From Halorubrum sp. BV1 (GTDB taxonomy: Archaea; Halobacteriota; Halobacteria; Halobacteriales; Haloferacaceae): a stretch of 32,000 bases of DNA. Shown here one piece after another: positions 23,658 to 31,413 of the stretch. Under the pieces are notes generated by a model. That model made no database searches and was not told the origin of the DNA. It saw only the letters and a program-made list of their open reading frames with translations. The first letter of the stretch is position 1; each line of letters opens with the position of its first letter. The position numbers were made by a program, and so were the translations under genes. Where the stretch lies: contig NZ_JQKV01000001.1 in NCBI RefSeq assembly GCF_000746205.1, forward strand, positions 1 to 32,000, read 5' to 3'.

Positions 23658-24746
23658 TCATCCGGGAAGTTGAACGACCATATTCAACGCTTGGGGGAGC
23701 AGGACACTAATGAAAATCTGCGACCACATTGCGAACGTCGTCGGGTACGTTCTGGTGTCTTTGACGTGCGAAATCGTCTCTTGGACCTCCTCATACCGTT
23801 CCCTATCTTCGATATTGAAGAGGGTAGCGTCGTACGGATCGTTCACCACCCGCTTGAGTTCTTCTTCCAAGGATCGGATCTTCTCCTCTTTTTTCCGCTT
23901 CATAATGGAGTGCGTCTTGCTCATCGAGTAGACGATCGTCACCACGCCGGCGATCCAAACAGCCGAAAGCGCCGTCTGAAAGATCGGTCCCGGCGCGGGA
24001 TACGGCGATGACACGAATTGTGAGAGGATGACGGGCGTGTGTGTTTGAAGAAACCACAGTAGCAAAATCGCCGTGTAAATGTAATAGGAGCGCTTGAGGA
24101 GTTCGCCTATCGGTTCAAATCCTCCCAGATTTCGAGGGTCATAAAAGAACAGTCCGAAATCGGCTGCAGCGAGCCGTCGAGGAATGATGAGATGAATACC
24201 GATGTAGGAGATTCCGAGCTCGAACAGAATCGGGATGATGATAAGGGGAAACGTGACCGTCTGAGCGTACAGAACCAAGCCGATGCCGCTAATTTCGATG
24301 AGCTGTGGAATTCCGAGAACGACCGCGACGAAAGCGTAGTACACGACGAGCGTGGCGACGTATCCTGCAACTCGCACTCGCAGTGAGACGAGCCCCTCAA
24401 ATTCTCTCCGTAGTGCTTCATCGAGATCAACGTGATCGTCGTCGACACCGAGATTGACCATGGCAGTGACGTAGCTGTCATGGATGTACCGAAGCCCTAC
24501 CACCCCGAGGACCGTCATCGCCGGAATTGCGAGGGTGTTCGGCTGCGCGAGAAACGAGCTTTTGCCCGAAATCAGGTGATTGTACACGTCGAACAACCCA
24601 TACTCGATGAACAGTCCGACGATAACAAACAGATATGGCGGATAGATATCTCGCCCGGGGAGTGCGTCTGACAGCCTCCCGAAGTAAAGTTTCTCAGCAA
24701 TGATCTCGATGAGCAGCCGATCTCGATACGTCTCCATCTCACCCAT
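23658..24746 (-). CDS. Orphan multi-pass membrane protein (362 aa) in a low-GC islet
   Basis: Long ATG ORF with about 8 hydrophobic segments. A charged, coiled-coil-like cytosolic stretch (KRKKEEKIRSLEEELKRVVNDPYDATLFNIEDRERYEEVQETISHVKD) precedes the last TM. It has its own TATA-like element. No family recognised from memory. Confidence 0.8.
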   Translation of the reverse strand: MGEMETYRDRLLIEIIAEKLYFGRLSDALPGRDIYPPYLFVIVGLFIEYGLFDVYNHLISGKSSFLAQPNTLAIPAMTVLGVVGLRYIHDSYVTAMVNLGVDDDHVDLDEALRREFEGLVSLRVRVAGYVATLVVYYAFVAVVLGIPQLIEISGIGLVLYAQTVTFPLIIIPILFELGISYIGIHLIIPRRLAAADFGLFFYDPRNLGGFEPIGELLKRSYYIYTAILLLWFLQTHTPVILSQFVSSPYPAPGPIFQTALSAVWIAGVVTIVYSMSKTHSIMKRKKEEKIRSLEEELKRVVNDPYDATLFNIEDRERYEEVQETISHVKDTRTYPTTFAMWSQIFISVLLPQALNMVVQLPG

Positions 24747-24767
24747 GGCGTGGTGTCAAACACCCGG

Positions 24768-24779
24768 AATTATAAAAAT
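24768..24779 (-). promoter_or_regulatory. TATA box for the low-GC membrane-protein gene
   Basis: The plus strand reads aattataaaaat, so the minus strand reads atttttataatt. It is centred about 26-32 nt upstream of ATG 24746, consistent with a leaderless or very short-leader transcript. Confidence 0.55.
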
Positions 24780-24876
24780 GACCTCTCTCAGGGTCAGGAT
24801 GTCGACACTCTAGTCTCGCTGAGCTAACTAGCTCTGCTGTTGAGAATTCAAGCGGGCCCGTTCCGTCGACACGCTG

Positions 24877-25890
24877 TCACGCCACCCGCTCGTACAGCGA
24901 CCGGTACCGCTCGGCGATCGAATCGAGCGAGAACGCCTCGCTGCGAGCCGCCGCGTTCGCCCCCAGCCGCTCGCGGAGGTCGGGATCGCGGAGCCGGCGG
25001 AGGGCGTCGGCGAACGCACCGATCTCGCCGTCTGCGTCCGTCCCCTCCCCGGTGCCGGTCGCCGAGACCTTCAGACAGTCCTCGCCGTCGTCGAGCCACT
25101 CGAACGTCTCGATGTCGCGGACGACGACGGCTTTCCCGGCGGTCATCGCCTCCAAAAGCGCGATCCCCTCGTTCTCCTCGTGGGTGGGGAACAAGAACAC
25201 GTCGCCCGCGGCGAACGCCCCCCGGACGTCGTCGATGTATCCGGTGAACGTGCAGTTCTCCGGCGATTCCTCGATGAGCCGCGTGGTCTCACGCCCCTTC
25301 AGCGACAGATCGAGGGGACCGAACCACGCGAAGTCGATGTCGGGAAGTTCGCGGGCGAGGTCGACGAACGTCTCTAACCCCTTCCGTTTGATCACGTGGC
25401 CCACCAGAAACACGGTCGGCGGATCGAGGTCGTATCGGTCGCGGTACTCCGCCTCCAGCGACTCGAACCCGTCGAGCTTCTCGCGGTCGACGCCGTTCGA
25501 GATCACGGTCGTCGGCGCGTCAGTGTAGTCGGCTATCACGTTCTCGTTGTATTCGGAGGGGCAGACGAGCGCGTCCGCGAGCCCGTACGCGCGGCTGAGA
25601 TACGGCTTGAGCGGCTTCGCGAGCGCGTTGGTAAACCGGAAGCTGTCGCCGAAGTCCTCCGCGGTGACGTGCGTGTGGGCGACCACCGGCACGCCGCGGT
25701 CGCGCGCGCGCTTCGCGTACCACACCGACCGGGGACCCATCAGGTTGCAGTGGAGCACGTCTGCGTCGAGCGTCGGTTCCGTGGTATAGTCGATCCCGAC
25801 GCGGTCGAGCATCGTCCGCTGGTGGGCGACGGACTCCGCGATGCCGCCCGTGATCCGGTCTCCGAACTCGAAGTAGTGGCTGACTCTCAT
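24877..25890 (-). CDS. Glycosyltransferase family 4 (GT-B fold)
   Basis: GGIAESVAHQ near the N-terminus, and the C-terminal FLFPTHEENEGIALLEAMTAGKAVVVRD, which is the E-x7-E GT4 motif. Confidence 0.88.
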   Translation of the reverse strand: MRVSHYFEFGDRITGGIAESVAHQRTMLDRVGIDYTTEPTLDADVLHCNLMGPRSVWYAKRARDRGVPVVAHTHVTAEDFGDSFRFTNALAKPLKPYLSRAYGLADALVCPSEYNENVIADYTDAPTTVISNGVDREKLDGFESLEAEYRDRYDLDPPTVFLVGHVIKRKGLETFVDLARELPDIDFAWFGPLDLSLKGRETTRLIEESPENCTFTGYIDDVRGAFAAGDVFLFPTHEENEGIALLEAMTAGKAVVVRDIETFEWLDDGEDCLKVSATGTGEGTDADGEIGAFADALRRLRDPDLRERLGANAAARSEAFSLDSIAERYRSLYERVA

Positions 25891-25898
25891 CGCGGCGT

Positions 25899-25956
25899 CA
25901 CGGCCGTTCGCGCGGCCGTCGCAGCGGCACGGCCGACCGCGCGGCCGTCCCGGTCG
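25899..25956. repeat. Imperfect 29-nt tandem duplication in the spacer between the AP-like and GT4 genes
   Basis: Unit 1 is 25899-25927 (cacggccgttcgcgcggccgtcgcagcgg). Unit 2 is 25928-25956 (cacggccgaccgcgcggccgtcccggtcg). About 23/29 positions are identical, including an exact 12-mer cgcgcggccgtc. Confidence 0.6.
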
Positions 25957-25963
25957 CCCTCGC

Positions 25964-26848
25964 TCACTCGACTTCCAGCCACGGGACCTCCATCAGCGGC
26001 GGGATGTGCGTCTCGATGTGGTGTTCCCACACGCCCTCCTCGCCGAACGCCTCGCCGTGATCGGCCGTCACGACGACGGTGCCGTCGAGTTCCTCGACGA
26101 GTTCGGCCACGGATTCGAGTGCGATCCGGAGGTTCTCCTCGTACAGCCGTAGTGCGGTGACGCGGGTGCCGTCTTTCACGAGGTCGGCGGGGTCGAGTTC
26201 CAGCCAGAGGCCGGCCTTCTGGGCGAACTCGTTGTCGTCCAGCCGGCTCTCGATCTTCGGGCGGATCGAGTCGCTGAGCGAGGAGAGCAGGCCGCCGTCG
26301 GCTCCGCCCCCTCCGTCTCGGGCGGCGTCGTCGTCTGCCGACTCCTCTTCCTGCCGTTTGATCCCCTTCTGGATCTGTTTGAGCTTCTGTCCCTTCCCGC
26401 GCGAGAGGTACGGCGCGTGCGGCTGCATGTAGTGGAGGACGGTTCGGTCTGCGGCCTCGACGGCCGCCTGATTATCGTGGAACGCTTCGGCGAGGCCGTC
26501 GGGCGGGACCGTGCCGAGGTCCTCGTCCCAGCCGGTCTTCCAGACGTCGTGGATGTCGCTGATGTGTTCGGAGGCGGTCCACGCGTAGTCGCAGCTTGCC
26601 CCCCACTTCAGCTCGTTCAGGGGGATTCCAAGGTCGTTGATGAAGGGGTTCCCAGAGAAGTAGGCGATGTCGTGATCGCCCGTGAACGTCCGGTAGGCCC
26701 ACTCCGGCGTCGACGAGCCGACGCTCCAGCGCTTCTCCAAGTCGCCGTCGAGGTACTCGTCGTACACGTCCTCGAACACGTCGTAGCGACACGCGTCGAG
26801 GACCAGACAGTAATCCCACTCCGACTCGAGGAACCGCTGGTCTTCCAT
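25964..26848 (-). CDS. Alkaline-phosphatase-superfamily protein (NPP/PglZ-like motifs), cytoplasmic
   Basis: N-terminal LVLDACRYDVF (26783-26809) resembles the DG(F/L)RxD metal-site motif of NPP/PglZ-type enzymes. VVVTADHGEAFGE (TADHGE at 26051-26068) is the distal metal-ligand motif. It carries an acidic/Gly-rich insert (QEEESADDDAARDGGGGADGG). No signal peptide or TM. Confidence 0.7.
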   Translation of the reverse strand: MEDQRFLESEWDYCLVLDACRYDVFEDVYDEYLDGDLEKRWSVGSSTPEWAYRTFTGDHDIAYFSGNPFINDLGIPLNELKWGASCDYAWTASEHISDIHDVWKTGWDEDLGTVPPDGLAEAFHDNQAAVEAADRTVLHYMQPHAPYLSRGKGQKLKQIQKGIKRQEEESADDDAARDGGGGADGGLLSSLSDSIRPKIESRLDDNEFAQKAGLWLELDPADLVKDGTRVTALRLYEENLRIALESVAELVEELDGTVVVTADHGEAFGEEGVWEHHIETHIPPLMEVPWLEVE

Positions 26849-26855
26849 AGGTCGT

Positions 26856-26900
26856 GCGCCCGTATCCGGCCGACGGTTGTATTCTTATTGGTACGGGCGC
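26856..26900. promoter_or_regulatory. 9-bp perfect inverted repeat in a divergent promoter region
   Basis: gcgcccgta (26856-26864) and tacgggcgc (26892-26900) are separated by 27 nt that include the A/T-rich ttgtattcttatt. The repeat lies between the divergent AP-like (ATG 26848) and flippase-like (ATG 26975) genes. Confidence 0.4.
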
Positions 26901-26974
26901 TCGACTCCCGTCCACCCCTGACTCTGCCCGCCCGCGACCAGACGTTTCAAGTCCGATAGCGCCACAGGAGGGGC

Positions 26975-27988
26975 ATGGACCGGAACCCGCGGCGCGGGCT
27001 GATACTGGGCGCGCTCGCGGCCCTCGGGATACTCGCGGTGCTCTTCGTCGTCGTGGGGGCCGGCCGCGTCGTCGATCAGCTCGTCGCCGCCGACCGTCGT
27101 CTGGTCGTCGCCTCGTTCGGCCTCGCGCTCTGCTGGCTGCTCGCGTGGAGCATCATGCTCCGGACCGTGCTCGGCTCTCTCGACGTGTCGCTGTCGGTTC
27201 CAACTGCGTTCCTCGTGTACGCCGGCGCGGTGTTCGCCAACAACGTCACGCCGTTCGGACAGGCCGGCGGCGAGCCGGTCGCGGCGGCGCTCATCTCGCG
27301 CGTGTCCGGTTCGCGCTACGAGACGGGGCTCGTCGGGATCGCGAGCGTCGACGTGCTCAACGTGGTCCCGTCCATCTCACTCGTCTTCCTCGGCGTCGGC
27401 TACTACGCGACGACGACCGCTGTCGGCGAGCGGCTGAGCGTCGCGGTCGCGGTCGCCGTCGGACTCATCACCGTCATCGTCACCGTCATCGGACTCGCGT
27501 GGCGGTTCCGCCGACGGATGGTCGCCCGCCTGCCCGCCGGCGTCGCCGGACTGCTCGGTCGGCTGGACCGGTTCGATCCAGCCCCGCTCGAAGCCCGACT
27601 CACAGAGCGGCTCCGGAACTTCTTCGCGGACATAGAGCGCGTCGGGACCAGTCCGGGCCGGCTCGCGGCGGCCGTCGGGCTCTCGCTCTCGGGGTGGGTC
27701 TTTCAGGCGGCGGCGCTCACGGTCGCGTTCGCGGCGGTCGGCCACCACATCTCGCCGGCGATTCCGATATTCGTCGTTCCCTTGGCGTACGTCGCGGGTG
27801 CCACGCCGCTTCCCGGCGGACTCGGCGGGATCGAGGCCGCGTTCGTCGCGCTGCTCGTTCCCACGACCGGCATCCCGGCGTCGACGGTCACCGCGGCCGT
27901 GCTCGTGTTCCGCGGGGCGGTCTACTGGATGCCCGTCGCCATCGGCGGCGTCTCGGCGTCGGCGCTCGGCGTTCGAGCGATGCGGTAG
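26975..27988 (+). CDS. Flippase-like / lysylphosphatidylglycerol-synthase-TM-region family membrane protein
   Basis: Multi-pass membrane protein with AGAVFANNVTPFGQAGGEPVAAALIS and a C-terminal PLPGGLGGIEAAFVALL, signatures of the UPF0104/LPG_synthase_TM family. The ATG is preceded by aggagggg. Confidence 0.8.
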   Translation: MDRNPRRGLILGALAALGILAVLFVVVGAGRVVDQLVAADRRLVVASFGLALCWLLAWSIMLRTVLGSLDVSLSVPTAFLVYAGAVFANNVTPFGQAGGEPVAAALISRVSGSRYETGLVGIASVDVLNVVPSISLVFLGVGYYATTTAVGERLSVAVAVAVGLITVIVTVIGLAWRFRRRMVARLPAGVAGLLGRLDRFDPAPLEARLTERLRNFFADIERVGTSPGRLAAAVGLSLSGWVFQAAALTVAFAAVGHHISPAIPIFVVPLAYVAGATPLPGGLGGIEAAFVALLVPTTGIPASTVTAAVLVFRGAVYWMPVAIGGVSASALGVRAMR

Positions 27989-28024
27989 GCGGGAGCGAAG
28001 ACGGTCGCCGCGTGAACCGAGTCG

Positions 28025-29068
28025 CTAGACGTACCCTTCCTCGACGAGCAGTTCGCCGTTCAGCAGGGAGGCACCGGCCGCGCCGCGGATCGTGTTGTGC
28101 GCGAGACAGTTGTACTTCGCGCCGTCGTCGGTCGTCTGAACCCCGCCGGCGACGATACCCATCCCGTCGGCGTACGTCCGGTCGAGCCGCGGCTGCGGAC
28201 GCTCCGGATCGTCGTCGCCGAACACCTTGATGAGCTGGTCCGGCGAGCTCGGCAGGTCCGCGCTCTCGAACGCCTCCATCGCCTCTCGCAGCTCCGCCGG
28301 CGACGGGTCCGCTGTGAACTCCGCGAAGACGTTCTCTAAGTGGCCGTCAAGCGTCGGGATCCGGTTACACGAGGCGGCGACGTCGGCGTCGTGGAGGTGT
28401 ACCGCTGCGCCGTCGAACTCCCCGAGCAGCTTCCGCGACTCCGTCTCCATCTTCGCTTCTTCGCCGCCGATGTGCGGGATGGCGTTGTCGATGATCTCCA
28501 TCGAGGTGACGCCGGAGTAGCCCGCACCGGAGACCGCCTGTAAGGTCGAGACGTGCACGCTTTCGAGCCCGAACTCGTCGATCGCCGCGAGCGTCGGAAC
28601 CATGGTGATGGTCGAGCAGTTCGGGTTCTTCACCAAGGCCCCGTCCCAGCCGCGCTCGTCGCGCTGGACCTCAATCAGATCGAGGTGGCCGGGGTTGATT
28701 TCGGGGATGGTGAGCGGGACGTCGTCGGCCATGCGGTCGTTTGAGGAGTTCGACGAGACGACGTATCCCTCCTCTAAGAACGCCGGTTCGACGTCGCTCG
28801 CGACTCCCGAGGGGAGCGACGAAAAGAGCAGGTCGACGTCGGCGTCGGCGACCCCGGCCGGGTTCGTCTCCGCGACCTCCATCTCGGCCACGTCGTCCGG
28901 AATGGGCGTGTTCACGCGCCACTTCGCGGCTTCGCGGTACGTCTTGCCGGCGCTCTCCGCGCTCGCGGTGACCGCGGCGAGCTCGAAGGTCGGGTGGTCG
29001 TCGAGCAACTGGATGAATCGCTGTCCCACAGCACCGGTGGCACCGAGGATGCCGACTCGTACAGACAT
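28025..29068 (-). CDS. asd: Aspartate-semialdehyde dehydrogenase
   Basis: MSVRVGILGATGAVGQRFIQLL (NAD(P) fold), NPNCSTI (active-site Cys) and LQAVSGAGY. ATG 29068 preferred over GTG 29086. Confidence 0.93.
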   Translation of the reverse strand: MSVRVGILGATGAVGQRFIQLLDDHPTFELAAVTASAESAGKTYREAAKWRVNTPIPDDVAEMEVAETNPAGVADADVDLLFSSLPSGVASDVEPAFLEEGYVVSSNSSNDRMADDVPLTIPEINPGHLDLIEVQRDERGWDGALVKNPNCSTITMVPTLAAIDEFGLESVHVSTLQAVSGAGYSGVTSMEIIDNAIPHIGGEEAKMETESRKLLGEFDGAAVHLHDADVAASCNRIPTLDGHLENVFAEFTADPSPAELREAMEAFESADLPSSPDQLIKVFGDDDPERPQPRLDRTYADGMGIVAGGVQTTDDGAKYNCLAHNTIRGAAGASLLNGELLVEEGYV

Positions 29069-29138
29069 TGCACGGGGGTCAGTCACAGGGACGTAAGTGC
29101 GTTCGGATACGCGCCGATTCCGCCCGCTCGCTGAGAGG

Positions 29139-29148
29139 AATTAAATAC
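29139..29148 (+). promoter_or_regulatory. TATA-like element upstream of nhaC
   Basis: aattaaatac lies 21-30 nt upstream of ATG 29169. Confidence 0.45.
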
Positions 29149-29168
29149 GCTCTCGCGAGTTATGCGAT

Positions 29169-30848
29169 ATGACCGACTTCGGCGCGCTGTCGATCGCTCC
29201 GCCCGTGCTCGCGATCGTGCTTGCGATACTCACCCGAAAGGCCGTGTTGTCACTGTTTCTCGGTATTTGGTCCGGTGCGGTGATCGTCACCGGCGGGCTC
29301 GGGATCGTCCAGACGTTCGAGTGGATCGTCGCCGCGATCTCCGACGAGTTCCAAGCCACCATCCTCGTGTTCACCCTCCTCCTCGGCTCCGGCGTCGCGA
29401 TGGTGTGGAACCTCGGGGGGACGGCCGCAGTCCGGGAGTGGGCGCTCGCGCGACTCGACAGCCAGCGGAAGGCCGGGCTCGTCGCGTGGGGACTCGGTGT
29501 CGTCCTCTTTTTCGACGACTACGCGAACACCGCTATCGTCGGCTCGGCGATGAAAGACGTCTCAGACCGCCTCCGAATCTCCCGCGAGAAGCTGTCGTAC
29601 GTCGTCGACTCCACGGCGGCACCGGTGGCCACGCTGGGGATCTCCTCGTGGGTCGCCTTCCAGCTCTCGCTGATCGGGGAGGGGTACGAGTCCGCGGGCG
29701 TCGACGCCGCCAACCGCCCCGGCACGTTCGAGGTGTTCGTCTCCTCGATCCCGTTCAATATGTACGCGATCTTGGCGATCGTGATGGTGCTCGTGATCGT
29801 CGGCACGGGCCGCGACTACGGCGAGATGCTGACCGCCGAACACCGCTCGTGGACCGCGGGAAAGGTCACCCGCGACGAGGCGGTGCCGATGCAAGACGTC
29901 GCCGGCGAACTCGGCGAGCCGCCGGCGTCGACGCCCCGACTGGTCAACTTCTTCGTCCCCGTTGCGGTCCTCATCGCAGTCACGATCGCGACTGCGCTGT
30001 GGTCGGGAGAGTTCTCGCCGATCGGGTTCGCCGGCGACCTCGCAGCCGGCGAGTTCGGCCCGGCCGGCGGGCGGCTCTGGGACGCGGCGCTTGACGCCTC
30101 TTACGAGGTGGCGCTCATGATCGGCTCGTTCGCGATGGTCGCGAGCGGGTTCGCACTCGGGAAGGCGTACGACGTCTTCGGCGTCGGCGACGCGACGGAG
30201 TACACGATAGACGGGTTCGGAATCATGCTCACCGCGGCCGCCATCCTCTCGCTCGCGTGGGGGATCGGCGAGGCGATCGACGCGCTCGGGACGGGCGACT
30301 ACGTGGCGACGATGGCGGTCGGATCCGTGTCCCCCGCGCTGTTGCCCGCGCTGGTGTTCGTCGTCGCGGGCGTCATCGCCTTCTCGACGGGCACGTCGTG
30401 GGGGACGATGGGAATCGTCACCCCAATCGCGATTCCGATCGCGTGGGAGGTCAGCGGCGGCGGTCCCGCCGGTCACACGCTCGTCGCCGCGATGGTCGGC
30501 GTCATCTTCTCCGGGGCGATCTTCGGCGATCACAGCTCGCCGATCTCGGACACGACCGTCCTCTCGGCGACGTTCACCGGTGCCGACCTGATCGACCACG
30601 TTCGGACGCAGATCTACTACGCCGTCACCGTCGCCGCTGTCGTGGTACTGCTTCTCGTGATCTGGGGGTTCACGCGGGTGACGCCGCTCGCGCTGCTCCC
30701 GCTCGGCGCGGTCGTGCTCGTCGGGCTCGTGTATCTCCTCTCTGCGGTCGACGCGCGCCGCCGCGGGATCGACCCGGTGTCGGTCCGCGAGGTCCAAAGC
30801 GACGACGGCGACGCGGTCGTCGTCGCCGGAACCGAACAAGAGGACTGA
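29169..30848 (+). CDS. nhaC: Na+/H+ antiporter, NhaC family
   Basis: FFDDYANTAIVGSAMKDVSDRLRISREKLSYVVDSTAAPVA and FSGAIFGDHSSPISDTTVLSA are NhaC-family signatures. About 12 TM segments. Confidence 0.88.
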   Translation: MTDFGALSIAPPVLAIVLAILTRKAVLSLFLGIWSGAVIVTGGLGIVQTFEWIVAAISDEFQATILVFTLLLGSGVAMVWNLGGTAAVREWALARLDSQRKAGLVAWGLGVVLFFDDYANTAIVGSAMKDVSDRLRISREKLSYVVDSTAAPVATLGISSWVAFQLSLIGEGYESAGVDAANRPGTFEVFVSSIPFNMYAILAIVMVLVIVGTGRDYGEMLTAEHRSWTAGKVTRDEAVPMQDVAGELGEPPASTPRLVNFFVPVAVLIAVTIATALWSGEFSPIGFAGDLAAGEFGPAGGRLWDAALDASYEVALMIGSFAMVASGFALGKAYDVFGVGDATEYTIDGFGIMLTAAAILSLAWGIGEAIDALGTGDYVATMAVGSVSPALLPALVFVVAGVIAFSTGTSWGTMGIVTPIAIPIAWEVSGGGPAGHTLVAAMVGVIFSGAIFGDHSSPISDTTVLSATFTGADLIDHVRTQIYYAVTVAAVVVLLLVIWGFTRVTPLALLPLGAVVLVGLVYLLSAVDARRRGIDPVSVREVQSDDGDAVVVAGTEQED

Positions 30849-31413
30849 CCCGACCCGGGACGGACCAATTAAGTCCGCTCGGCGGCTAGCGTCTCATGCG
30901 CGCCCTCAAGTCCCCGCCCGAGTACTCCCCGATGGGAGCGATGACCGCGCGGAGAACCCAGGCGCGCGACATATAGTCGCACACGCGACTCGCCCGTCGC
31001 CGCGCAGGCGACCGCCCGCCACGAGGGTTTCCCGGTCGACGCGGCACGCCGCCGGAGATGAGACCGGACGTTAGTGTTGCGGGCGTACATTTCGAGTATG
31101 TTAACAGAAATATCTACAAGTAAATAAATCGGTTCAGCCACAGTCTATCGTCGGAGAAGAGTCCGCAGCAGTGGTCCTTTTTCCTCACCGGATTTTGGAA
31201 CTAATCGATGATGACGAGATTGGGATGAGGTCTGCCAGGAGTACTCAGGACTATCAGTTCGGAATGTCCATACTGCACACAGAGCGGAGTTCAGAAGTCA
31301 CAGTATATCGCTGTATGTGGATGGAGAAGAACCCGCATAAGTACCACCAACAAGTCCACAATCTTTTGACTAGCCCGCTTGTTACGATTTAATTGTACGT
31401 CTCAGTCGAGATC

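Noticed and set aside
24112-24122. Perfect T-loop-like string ggttcaaatcc, checked as a possible tRNA or att-site remnant inside the low-GC islet
   Set aside because: The flanking bases cannot form a T-stem (atcgg versus cctcc) or an acceptor stem. The string is simply the codons for G-F-E-P-I on the minus strand of the membrane-protein gene.
26854-28230. 458-aa plus-strand ORF overlapping the flippase-like gene in another frame
   Set aside because: More than a third of the residues are Arg. The alternative frame (26975..27988) gives a coherent multi-TM protein with family motifs.
30869-31392. Track ORFs 30869..31141(-) and 31171..31392(+) in the nhaC-permease gap
   Set aside because: The first is Arg-rich with no motif. 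The second starts at GTG, is basic and non-acidic, and has no recognisable domain (only a vague HRILELIDDDE stretch). At best they are decayed remnants and cannot be supported as genes.
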